Source of the DNA: Catajapyx aquilonaris
Taxonomy: Eukaryota
Direction of reading: 5' to 3'
Length of the DNA: 28,161 nucleotides
NCBI GenBank assembly: GCA_000934665.2
Contig: JYFJ02001128.1
Span: 62,001 to 90,161 of the forward strand
The translations under genes were made by a program, and so were the position numbers. Below are positions 14,584 to 25,842 of the stretch, piece by piece (positions within the stretch are counted from its first letter, which is position 1; every line of letters starts with the position of its first letter). A model generated the notes under the pieces. The model was not told the origin of the DNA. It saw only the letters and a list, made by a program, of their open reading frames with translations, and did no database searches.

Positions 14584-17500
14584 TCATAGCTCATCGTGTT
14601 CAAACTCTTCCTCGGTGGGCTCTGGCTTCACGCAGACCGCTGGGGTCGTGAATTCTGCCAAGTACTCACAGCGACTGGGCTCAGTTACCATTGTTAGCTT
14701 ATTTTCAAGTCCACATGACAAGTTTACCTATGGAAAAAAAAAATTAAGTTTGCATTAGGCGGTGCTACATTTACAAAAGTATTAATGACCGAGAATAATC
14801 GTACGTTCTTGTACGTACCACTGTGGATCGTGTGGGTCCATTCCAACAGCTCTGTCCTCCTGTATATTTCATTCTGCTGAACTTGTTCTCTTCAGGACCC
14901 TCCCAGCTGCCCCAGGTGCCCAGGCGGATCTCGGACCCTCCTTGAATAGGTTTCTGCACTACTTCATTGAACGGACATAAGCGAAAGGTATATTCCATGT
15001 CCTGATGTTCAAAGCACTCTCCATCCATTGAAGCAAACTCCTCTTCCTCGCCGTATTCCTTCTCGAGAGCATCCTCTGTCTGACGAATCTCTCGCTCTAG
15101 GTCGCGCACTACACGTTCTGCATCGTGGTACTCACTCCTGACCTTGTTTGCAACTGTAACATACAGAAATCATTATGTGCTTGCTGCAGGAGCACTCTTC
15201 ATACAATTTGCTGTGTTACTTACAATCAATAAGTGACTGAGTTTCAGGGTCGTAAGTTGGCTGCACAGGCTCGGCAGATTCCTCTGGCTTATCTTCATTC
15301 AATGATTCATCCTCACTATCTGAATCCGCATCAGGCTAGAAGCATAGTAAAGCATCAGATACGCTGCATGGAAGTGCGTGTCATTTACCGCAACACAAGT
15401 TGCGATTCAAAAGGCTTGCCCATGTCATTTGCTGGGTGTTGGTTATTATTAACAAGTTGAACACGTCATCTGGCAGTAATTTTAATCGGAAGTCAGGTGT
15501 GACTTCCAAGAAAATTCTGCCTTTTGAATCGCTTTCCACCTACGTAAGGACACTACACACAAATATCCACGGAAATTCACATTCAAATCGCCTCACCGAT
15601 CCCACTTGTAATTCCCAGTTAGCACGAGCACTGACATAACGCGAGACCTGAGACAGGAAATCGATTTAACATAAACAATGACTGTTCTTCCATGCTTCTG
15701 CTCTCCCTTTGAAAATTATTTAATGATATGTGAAGCATATGCATATACATACCTCCTCCTGCATCTCCTTAGCTAATTCTGCTTCGTCCTCATCCACTTC
15801 ACTCGGACCGGTTGCTTCTTCCTCTGGAGCCGACTAGGTGGTTTTTGCATTTACGTGCAGTTAGTGGGCCACACTCAAAAGCAAACACTAGCTACAGAAT
15901 ATTACTTACGTCTTCTAGCGTATGCGTGTCCTCTTTACTGTCGTCAGTTGGAGGTAGGAATAAGCCTCGATCAAGCATGAAGTAGGGCTTCATCAAGAGC
16001 CATCCGGTTTGAAGGAAATCCTCTTTGTACATCTCGTTTTCCATGTGCAGGAAGAACTACAGGTGGGAAGATGCATACGCAAAAATTGTATTGCAGCCTA
16101 CGCTAAGTGTATGTGGAAAAAAATGTGTACTTGCAATTTTTCCTTGGTTATGATTTTATCCTCAACCATTTAAGAAAAATGCATAATTATGAAAATATCG
16201 GCTAATAAGTGCTACTGTGTAGAGAGCATGCGGAACTATTGCCAGAAGCAAAAAGTGCAGGAGTGAAAAATATGATTGCAATGGTGTGAAGTACCCTACA
16301 GGCATTTTTCTTCCAACGATGGATCTCATGCTAGCATTTTCGTTACTGAACGTTTATGCCCGATGGAAACAAGGCTGTACAAATAGCTGGTACCATTTTC
16401 ACGTAACGTCCATTATGTTTCGTATGCCTGACATATCCGTATCATTCATGTAGGTTCAAAAGCAGGGACCGACCAATTTGTACTGTCACCAAGTACGTTG
16501 AGATTTACCTTAGCCTCATCCTCGGACACGACCCCATCCTTATTCTGGTCAAATGTTTGCCTCGTCTGAAGTTCAGAAATATCCAGCTTCCCATCCTGGT
16601 TGGAGTCGAGCATCCTAAAAGTGTCCTCCGCTTCTCCCTTCTTGGCCTCTTCCTTGGCCTCCTCCTCCTCCTTCCTCTTCTCCTCCTCCGCTTGCCTATA
16701 AACCTCCAGAGCCTCCCGTTCAGGCCCTTCCGCTTCCTCCTTCGCAGCCTCCCTCTCCTTCAGAATATCGTCCGCCTCCTCCTTCTCCTTCTTCAGCTCC
16801 TCCACCCGCTCCTTCTTCGCAGCCTTAACCTTCTTGCCATTCTTGCTCAGCTCCAACCGCATCTCGTATCCTTGCCGACGCAGCTCCTCCAACCTCTGCG
16901 ATTCCAACCTGCAAGCAAATAACTAGTCAGCAGGAAACACGCGAACTAAAGGAATCAAGTACAGCTGGGTGTCCTTCAAAAACCAACTGCAATCTGCACA
17001 GATTTCCTTTACTTTTACGATGGCGTATTATGCTCGATTGCACCAACCGAAATTACCGATCTGATAGTTCCTAATGGATCGCTTTTGTCCTCTTTACCTG
17101 GCGGCACGTCCAAGCTCCCTGCATGTGTTGGTACAGTCCGCCCTGCTGTTGGCGTACTCATCCGAAGCATCGCAGCAGTCGCATATCCCGTCATTAACAC
17201 GCGACGACGGAATATTAACAGGCCGATGCCCCGCATTGGTGCAATGGAAGGTACCGTTTGGACATGCAGCGGTTCCAGGCTCATCGCTCCCGTCCTGGCA
17301 GTCGCAATAGTCGTCATTCACGTACTCAAACGGCACCGTCAAACTCCCATCAAGGCATGTGAACTTGCCCGTTTCAGGTGTGTACAACGACGACTCTGTT
17401 CAATTGAAAATATTAAAAGCCATTACATGTACCTGCAAGGGTAGGTCCCTTTTGAGGGGTACAACAAGGGTACAAAGTCCAATGTTCCTTGATATTGTCT

Positions 17501-17649
17501 GGAAAAGTGTGCTCACTGGATATGGAGACTCCTCTGGGCCTGAGCAGTTCGGCTGCCTCCACTGCCGACCTGGCCACCACGTAGAACGAGAGGAAGGCGA
17601 ACAGAAGTGCGGAAGAAGCCAACATGTCCAACCTCATCGATGCCGCCAT
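14584..17649 (-). CDS. PRKCSH: Glucosidase II beta subunit (PRKCSH/80K-H), 8 exons, ~549 aa
   Basis: Exons 17649-17517, 17395-17098, 16908-16509, 16056-15910, 15833-15753, 15335-15224, 15153-14819, 14727-14584 (1650 nt). Signal peptide, RPRGVS, LDLa-like [16 protein letters not shown] and [14 protein letters not shown], coiled coil, EF-hand-like [12 protein letters not shown], acidic linker, MRH domain ([18 protein letters not shown]), C-terminal HDEL. Confidence 0.97.
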
Positions 17650-18065
17650 GCTGGATATATTTAGAGAAGAACCCTTTTTATTTTTTGCAGGATCGGATTT
17701 TTTTTTGCGCAAGTGGAGTGACCTGATGTGAGATTATTTTCGAATTGTTTTAAACGATGATTGCTATTTATATTGAGGGTTTTTAAAAAGTTGATGTAAT
17801 TTAAATAAAAGGACGGTACGTGTTTTACGGTTGGGTGATGTGCATTGCATGCAATGTGGCAGGTGTTGGCTGCAATCAACTGCAATAACGAGGTACTGCC
17901 AATTTCTTAATTGTAAAGAGCGTCACTAATTAATTGCCCTCGTAATATACATCAACTAAAGATGTTACATAATTAAATGTGGTCAATTTAATTCGATTTA
18001 CGCTGCAATTGCACCGGCTTTATTCGTATGCAATATTTTGCATGCAATGATCATGCTATGTGTTG

Positions 18066-18362
18066 ATTGGCTGACTTGATCGATTGGCCAATAGGAAACG
18101 TTGAAGTAGTAGCTTCTTATTGGTCCATTTTGCTGCTCGGTGCACTTATTTGACAGTTCAATTTCCGGGTCAATTGATCCAGCCAGCAGCTGACAAAGCG
18201 CATGCGTGTACCTATTTTCAATATGAAATTAATTATAAGTATGATCCAAATTGGAACAGAGAAATTGCAAAAATTGATTTTAAACCACTGTATGAACATT
18301 TAAATGCACTTCAGTACAGTACTGCTGCTATATTTTGCATCAATTCGTACATGCGCATGCGT
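18066..18362. promoter_or_regulatory. CCAAT and NRF1-like motifs in the divergent PRKCSH/Nup210 intergenic region
   Basis: ATTGG at 18066, palindromic ATTGGCCAAT at 18083-18092, and GCGCATGCG at 18198 and 18353. They lie within the 964 bp separating the two divergent ATGs. Confidence 0.4.
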
Positions 18363-18613
18363 TCTGATTACAACTGCCGATTGAATTGTATGTCCAAATT
18401 AACGGCCAAAATTCAAATTTTTAATATTATTTTACATTTAATAACATCCTATTTCAACTATTAATGTGTCACAATATGTAACCGTTATGAACCGAAAGTT
18501 CAAAAAAAAAAAAGCAGTAAAAAAAAAGCAAGATGTCTGCCCCCCTTTGAAAAGAGAAAGGAATGGCGCGTTGCCGGTGGAAAAAAATGGAAGGAAAAAA
18601 GAACAGGGCGACG

Positions 18614-21600
18614 ATGGATCTCTTCTTCTTCCTTCTCTTCCTCTTCCCGTCGTGCCTTCCAGTTCAATCCAGGAAGCTCAACATGCCCAGGATCCTCGTG
18701 CCCTACATGGACAACCTCAGCATCAACTCCACTCTGGAATTCTCAGAACCCGGTTGCTTCAAATGGTATAATGTCTAGTTTCAGAGAACAGTGCAATATA
18801 TTAATTGAAGTCATTGCTGAATTATTAATTACATTGTGCTAACACTGACGCAATTATTGCAGGAGTACGTCACGTTCAGATGTGGTCCGACTGACTCCCA
18901 TTGAAGAAGATTCGTTCCGCAAGTGTTCCAATGGCGTCGTTGTGTCTTCCACTTACCGTCAGCCGACCCGTGCCACGGCCATAATACTGGCGGAGGATTA
19001 CCACACCGGGGAGATCGTGCGGTGCGATGCGATCGTGGACGTCATCGCGTCGCTCGGCGTTATCACCACCACCAGGGAGCTGTTCATCGAAGAGGCGCAA
19101 GAAGAGTTTGAAATACGAGCGTATGATGACAAAGGTGCAGTATGTTCAGAGTAGTCTGAATTTTCGAATGTCCCAAGCCACCTCGGATATAGTAGACCTT
19201 TTACGGGGCACACCTCGGATGTAGCAGACCAGAGTCCCACGCCAGATGATCCCTGACGTCATTTAACGACTTTTAACGTCATTTTCACGACTTTTAGCGC
19301 CAATTTCACGTCAAGAGGAGTAACGACTATTGTACTGATGAGTCGTTAGTCTGACGTGAAATTGACGTTGCGATTCCTGATTCTAAAATGTAAATCTAAA
19401 TTTTAAAATATTCTAAATACGGAACTTTTAACGACAATTTCAAGTCAAACTTGTCTCAACGGTACTATAGTCGTTACACTTGATGATAAAAGTCGTTAAA
19501 TAAAGCGTGGGATTCTGGTCTACTATATCAGAAGTGTGCCCGTAAAAAAAGGTCTACTATATCCGAGGTGGCTTGGGGACTCCCGAAAATTCACACTGCG
19601 GTTCAGATAACAAGTCGCAATTGGATTATAATTTTTGTAAATTCCAGGTAACGAGTTTACGACTCTGGATGGCATTTCGTTCAACTGGGAGACTCGCAAC
19701 TGCATGGTAACGGATACGCCGCCTGTACTTCGCACTGTGCGCTTCCAGGACACGCCGTACCAGGCCCCGCCATCGATTGAAGCCTTGGAGAACACGGGGC
19801 TGCGTGGGAACCGCGTGTTGCTGGAAGGGCTTCGTTGCGGGTGTGCCAAAGTGAGCAGCACAATCGCACATCCTTTCTACCGCAACCTTCCAGCGGTGGA
19901 GGTGAAGCTGTCGGTTGTGGCCAACCTGGTGCTGGATCCTGCGGAGATATACGTGGTGCCGGGGGCTAAGGTGAAGTTCAGGGTGCTCGACATGCAAGGA
20001 GGACACTACCAAGAGATTCCAGTACCGTCGAGTCAATACAAGTTTGAGGTAATTAGCCTGTGCATGGTTATATTCATTTGGAAGCCTATAAACCTTTTGT
20101 TTTCAGGTGACAGGACCTGTGACACTCACAGGCGCAGTGGCCACAGCTAATGAACTGGGTGACGCCAAGGTGTTTCTGAAGGATTTGACGGTTCGTGATG
20201 GGGAGGAAGTGAAGGAAGTGTCGGCCAAGATCCACGTTAGGGAAGCGCATAGGATGTCGCTTGAAGTGATGCCGCATCGGAACTGGGCCCTGATGGTGGA
20301 CGAACTGTACGGACTGGCAGCCGAGGTGTTCGAAGTAGACGGGAACAGAATCTGGATATCGGATGTGAGTCAGACCGAGTTTGCGAGATTCATGAAATAA
20401 TTGGTGCGTTTTCCAGAATATGGCTGTGAACATGGCGATTCCAAGCAGTCACTTTGAAGTGTTGGAGCGCAGCAGGAACGGGACATATTCCCTGGTGTCT
20501 CCCGTCAGATCAGGGGAAGTTGCGCTCGAGGCCACGCTGAAAGGGACTAAGGTGCATGCCAGAGCCAAGGCCATGATTTACGCGAGGGTCTACCTGGAGC
20601 CGAGGATAAGCCTGCTGCCGTGGGACCCAATTGTTATGCCCAAGTACCACATTCCCATTCAGGTACTGGATTGCTTTGTTTAACCGTTCTTTTGTAATCG
20701 CAGCTGAATTTCGTAGGTGACTGGTGGAGGCGACAGGTTCTACTGGAGCTCTTCTAATACGTCCGTGTCGCTAGTGGACACTCGAGGACATGTCCGCACG
20801 ACCATGCCGGGATCTAGTGTGATCCGAGCTGCGATGGTACAGAATGAGAACAACTTTGGGCTTGCTTCGGTGCATGTGCTGCCTGTTGCGTCACTGGACA
20901 TACTGGAGGATGATGTCGAGGGTGAAATTGGATCACCGATGCACCTGTCACTCGCTATGTACACTGCCTTGCCAGACACACCTGACATAAAAGTCGGCTT
21001 CTCACGCTGCAATGAAATTCCATTCAAAGTAGAAGTTGTTGGCGCAACCTCTGATGGAATTTTGTATGACCCTGTCACCTACCATCCACCCGAGAGTCCA
21101 GCATGTGCAGTCATACCAATCACAGGTCAGTTCGTAATTATTCGCTGATGTACTGCTTACAATTTTCAGCAAGAACCGTGAGTTTCTAAATTGTGCGTAC
21201 ATTTCAGGGCAAGTAATTGGACGTATGAAGGTGAAGGTGTCGTACGTACTTACCAACGAATTGCCTACAGAGCTGACGATAATGGATGACACGGTGTGGG
21301 TGTCGACCTTCCGTCCACTCCGCGTTGTGCACCCATCCTGCGGTCTGACTGTTCTGGCTGTTGGATCATCGCGTGTTCTTGTGTTCGAAGGTGGACCGTT
21401 GCCATTCGCAGACAGGCCCACTGGATACGTAAGACGTATCACAACTGACGACAGCTCTCTAGCCACAGTATCGGAGCTTCATTCAACCCATCAGTATCGA
21501 GATACGTACATGTATCGAGTCAGTTGCCACGAAGAGGGTGAAACTGAAGTGACGTTGACTATTGGCAATAACACACGATTCTCTCCGGTTCTTCGGTCAG

Positions 21601-24600
21601 CCTCAGTTATCGTGGCATGCTCCAGCCCCCAGTGGGTGCAACTCCATGCAGTGGTCAGCCAACCGGAGGACGCCAAATGTCCAGAACAGACAGGCAGAGT
21701 GTCAACTCACTGCTACCTGGACACTGAGCTAGACGTGATAGTGACAGACGACAAAGGCCGCCGATTTGACAATGTGTCAGGCGTTGCTTTTGAATGGAAC
21801 GTATCAAGCGATTTGGCGTCTGTGGAAGTGCCTAACGGTGTGGTTGTGGAAGAGGTCGACACTGGAGAAGGTTACAAGCTTTGTGGGCGGACATATCAGG
21901 TATTGAATTGCGATCAATCGGCTGTTTGCTAAATTGACAGTGATATTCGTATTGCAGGTACTTCTGACCCGAGGTAAAACCGGAAATGTTGAGGTGACTG
22001 TAACGATACCGCTAACTGGTGCCGCGACTTCCCTGGAGCTGGATTTGGTTGACGACCTGTACGTTTCTCCAGCCAAGACGACTGTTTTTAACCATCCAAG
22101 TGTAGTAGCCGATTTGACCGTACACCAGGGATCGGGGTTCTTCGAGTTTGAAGCCAGCTCTAAAGACGTGGCGCGGCTGACCTACTTTGAAGGAAACCGC
22201 ACCCTTCAGGTGGCACCCATTGAGGACGGCAGCATGAAGGTGACTGTCCGTGACGTTTGCCTCACATCTAGGAGGCCAGCCACGGCCGCAGTGCATGTGT
22301 CGGACGTGCACCGAGTGGAGGTGACGGTTGCGGACAAGGTGGAATTGGGAGGGACGGTCACGGCAACTGTCAGGGTGTACGATTCTTCCGGAGCAGTTCT
22401 GCCATCGGGAGCCATGGCACTTATGGGGCTACAGTCGGAGGTTGGATCAGACATCATAACCGTCAAGTAAGTGTCTTTCCAGCTGCAGGTTTTGAAATGT
22501 AGTCCAGTACTAAGTAACCTTAATTGCAGGGCTGTGGGCACCGAGGGCCGATATGTGATCCAGGGCGATCACCTTGGCGATACGACATTAACCTTCGTGG
22601 CCGTATGTGGCACGAGGCGTAGTCGTCAAGTCCGCAGCATTCCCCATCCAATCCAGGTCTTCCCACCGCTGCGGCTTTCCCCTCGCAATATCACCCTTTA
22701 TGTCGGTACAGTACTGCAGGTGTCCAGCTCAGGAGGACCGCAGCCAGATGCTGCCATAGAGTACACTGTTGATGACCCCTTGAAAGCGCAGGTCACAGGC
22801 GCAGGCGTGCTTGAGGGACGACACGTTGGGCACGCCCGATTGCGAGCAGATGCAGTAGGACGTGATGGCGCAATAGTGTACTCCACGGATGAAATCGATG
22901 TGCATGTAGTCCCACTGGACAGGATTAAAATTCACACGCCTGTGACTCGGCTGCGTACTGGTACTCAGATGCCAGTTTACGTCGTGGGTGCCAACGAGCA
23001 CCAGACGCCGGCCCTGTTTGCGTCAGACATTCCCTTTGCAAGGTTCGAGTGGACCGTGGACAACAGCGACGTGGTGGATGTGACGACAGCGTTTGCAGGG
23101 ACAGGTGTTGATCCTTCTGATGTGGATAAGGTCGGAGTGAGGGTGGTGGCAAGGAGGGTTGGACGAGTCGTGCTGAAATTAGTCGCCAGAGTTACGCAGC
23201 CAAAATGGGATGGAAACGTGAGGGAAGAGGAAGAGCCTAGGGTTTTCAAAGATGCGGTGGAAATAGAGGTGAGCTTCAACTCCACATGCGGTTTTGTGAG
23301 ATGGCTATGTTATGCACTAAGAAAATATTTCCTTGCAGGTCTTCGAAGCCCTTCGTTTCCTGCGTCAGGAGCACGGCTCTGAAGCTATCCTGATGGCTCC
23401 GGTGACTGACTTGCGGCTGAGGACTAATCGTGATGGCACTGCCCGCATTGGGTACCGTGTCGCCGGGCCGTCACCCGAAGTGGATGCCGTTGTACACCTA
23501 AGTCGGACCGGAATAATCTCAGCGGGTGAGGCAGTAGGACGTGCTGTTGTGGTTGCGACTGTCGAGGAGGACTTTGGGCTTAGCCAGAGCATAAGCACAG
23601 TCGTCGAAGTCAAGCCTGTCACATACGTTTCACTGTCAGCCCGCACCCGACTGGCATCTCATGGGCTGTCACGTGTTCCTCGAGGTTCCCGATTAACGAT
23701 GGAAGCATCGTATCATGACGGCATGGGAGCTGAGTTTAGTGCCACACGATGCCGGTTGAGGTACCGTGCAACTCGACTTGATCTAGTGCAGGTCTCGCCT
23801 GGTAAGCAGAATGACACGGTGACAGCAAGAGCACTCAGGTCTGGCCGTGCTGTACTGAAGGTGTGGTGCGAGTCGGAGCGTCGTGTTACTGATTACATTA
23901 TGGTATCAGTTGGAGATGCAATCACACCTGATGTCAGCATGGGATTGACGCTAGGAGATGTCGCCTGCTTCCGAACCCCTTTGTCTGGTGGGAAGTGGCA
24001 GGCTAGTTCAGATGTGATGCACTTTGTCGTCGGTGGAGCTGTGGCCATTGGAGCTGGGACTACTTCCGTCACGTATCATGCTGACGCTGATGTAACGACT
24101 CATACTGATGTTCTGGTGCGTCCAGCAATGCGTATCCGGTTCTTACACCAGGACATACATGTGACAAATGCTGCTCCCAGTGTTGTCCCCTTCATGCTGG
24201 AGTCTGACTTCGACGTTAACAAGACAAGCGTGTTTGCTGGCCGCCATTGTGACATCGACCTAGCACCGTTCCCATTCCGATGCTCAACGACCAGCGATGC
24301 ATTTAGTGCAAAGCCTGGATTTGATTCTCGTCGTGGCATCTACCATTGCCTGCTTACACCTCTGGTAGCTCCCATTCCATCAGCATGTACTCGTCGTTCA
24401 GCTGTCACCATATCGGTGACTCTCGCTGCATCAGGCCAACTTGAACTGACCACAGCAACAACTCTGACAGTTTTGCCCGGATTTAACCTCCACACTCCGG
24501 AAATGCACTTAAGCAATGTCCGTGCCTACTCAAACATTGTGGTGTCCGGAGTTTCTGAAGTACTCGGTACTCTTACTGTCGAATCAAGCGACATATCATT

Positions 24601-25336
24601 GCTGTCTATCGGCCTTCCAGAGGAAACCTCTCCAGACACAGTCGCCTACTCGGTGCGTCTCCGTGACGCCTTCTGGAGTGATGTCCGTCGCTCCCTTTCC
24701 ATCTCCGTCGAAAGCCACATTACCAACCAGAAGATAACTGTTCCAGTCAAGGTTAACCTGGCCAGTGGGTACGGAGACCGAGGCTATTGCGTCCCCCGAC
24801 CCATCGATGGAAGTTGGTCGTCCTTCTTGCTTGGGCTGATGGAGCAGTATTCAACCTGGCTTGCATTTCCAACCACTGTTCTAATTGCCGCTGGTCTTTA
24901 CGCCGGTGAGGAAAACATGTATTAGTGTGACGCTGCATTTACATGTGAGCGATTCATGCTTTCATTGCTGAGCGAATCACTCGCATGTGAACGCGAGCAA
25001 ATACTGACTGGCAGGCAAACTTTGTACATTTAATGAGCGGCAACCAGTAACTAAGTTTTTGTTTATTTCCAGCATACCACTTCATGTTTGGTTCTCATTA
25101 CTACGCATCTAACCAGAGTGCATTTCTGAATCAGAGTGGACGTCCTCCGCCGCAGTCAACACCACGTAAGTATGACATGTAAAAGAGTTGATCCCATGTG
25201 CTTGAATCTTTTTATTTCAGATCACATGACTGCTGGTGGAATTTCTCCGGGTCAGGACCAAAATAGGTTATGGAGTCAAAACGAGACTCCCTATTACGGA
25301 AGTCCGCAGGTCATGCAGCGATCCCCCAGAACTTGA
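18614..25336 (+). CDS. NUP210: Nuclear pore membrane glycoprotein 210, 12 exons, ~1817 aa
   Basis: Exons 18614-18765, 18863-19134, 19648-20048, 20107-20364, 20417-20662, 20717-21125, 21208-21899, 21958-22466, 22530-23268, 23339-24905, 25073-25165, 25221-25336 (5454 nt, phases consistent). Signal peptide, then KLNMPRILVPY, GCFKW, RCDAIVD, TTTRELFIEE, AYDDKGNEFTTLDG, QGSGFF, IQVFPPLRLSPRNITL, GGPQP. One C-terminal TM segment and an S/P-rich tail with LWS. An in-frame upstream ATG exists at 18563. Confidence 0.95.
19151..19599. mobile_element. 449-bp foldback/MITE DNA transposon with long TIRs and 8-bp TSD in Nup210 intron 2
   Basis: Left end GTAGTCTGAATTTTCG..CCAAGCCACCTCGGATATAGTAGACCTTTT matches the reverse complement of the right end over ~90 bp, with further inner inverted blocks. 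Flanking direct repeat TGTTCAGA (19143-19150) / GGTTCAGA (19600-19607). Confidence 0.88.
24935..24994. repeat. 60-bp hairpin (21-bp arms) in Nup210 intron 10; tiny MITE or miRNA-like stem-loop
   Basis: GCATTTACATGTGAGCGATTC ... GAATCACTCGCATGTGAACGC: 17/21 Watson-Crick pairs plus 2 G-U on the sense strand, 18-nt loop. Confidence 0.65.
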
Positions 25337-25628
25337 TTGGCAAAAAAAAAAGGTGCAGGGGAAAAGTTAGAGAAGAAGTCAAAAGTGTGTTCACGTCGAT
25401 CAATCAAGTACAAGATTTATGTTTTTTTAAAACTGTTTTAAGTTTGGATCACCGTGAGTGTGAATCTGTGATAAGGTTGTGCTTCTGGAGGATTGTGCCA
25501 AAGGTGTCTTTAAGATTTCTCATTCCGTTGTTTTTTTTTTGTGTGGATCAAGTCAATCATGGTTTTTAAATTCCTTCTCTTCCTGCCAGTCTTCGACTAC
25601 TTTTGTGTGATTGTGGATAAACATGAGG

Positions 25629-25634
25629 AATAAA
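25629..25634 (+). terminator. Candidate poly(A) signal of Nup210
   Basis: AATAAA ~290 nt after the stop codon, followed by a GT/T-rich tract. Confidence 0.6.
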
Positions 25635-25713
25635 ACCAGTTGATCTCTTTGGTACTGTAGTGTATTTTGTTTTTAAATACCTTTAACCCACTCTGATGAT
25701 TGGTCAAAGAATT

Positions 25714-25719
25714 TTTATT
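25714..25719 (-). terminator. Candidate poly(A) signal of the C-type lectin gene
   Basis: TTTATT on + (AATAAA on -), ~125 nt past the stop codon. Confidence 0.55.
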
Positions 25720-25842
25720 GAAGAAGTTGTGTACAGTGCGAAAGTGATTTACTGTAAGCATTGTCTTTCAAAATATGATTCTCCAGTAGATAAGTAAAAA
25801 TACATGTGTGACCCTCCATGTAACGATCCATGCAGCCGTAAC

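Noticed and set aside
16557..16922. Leu-rich + strand ORF resembling a membrane protein
   Set aside because: It is the antisense shadow of the Glu/Lys-rich PRKCSH exon 3.
19523..24938. Many minus-strand ORFs overlapping Nup210
   Set aside because: Antisense shadows of long GC-balanced exons, with no coherent splice structure or domain.
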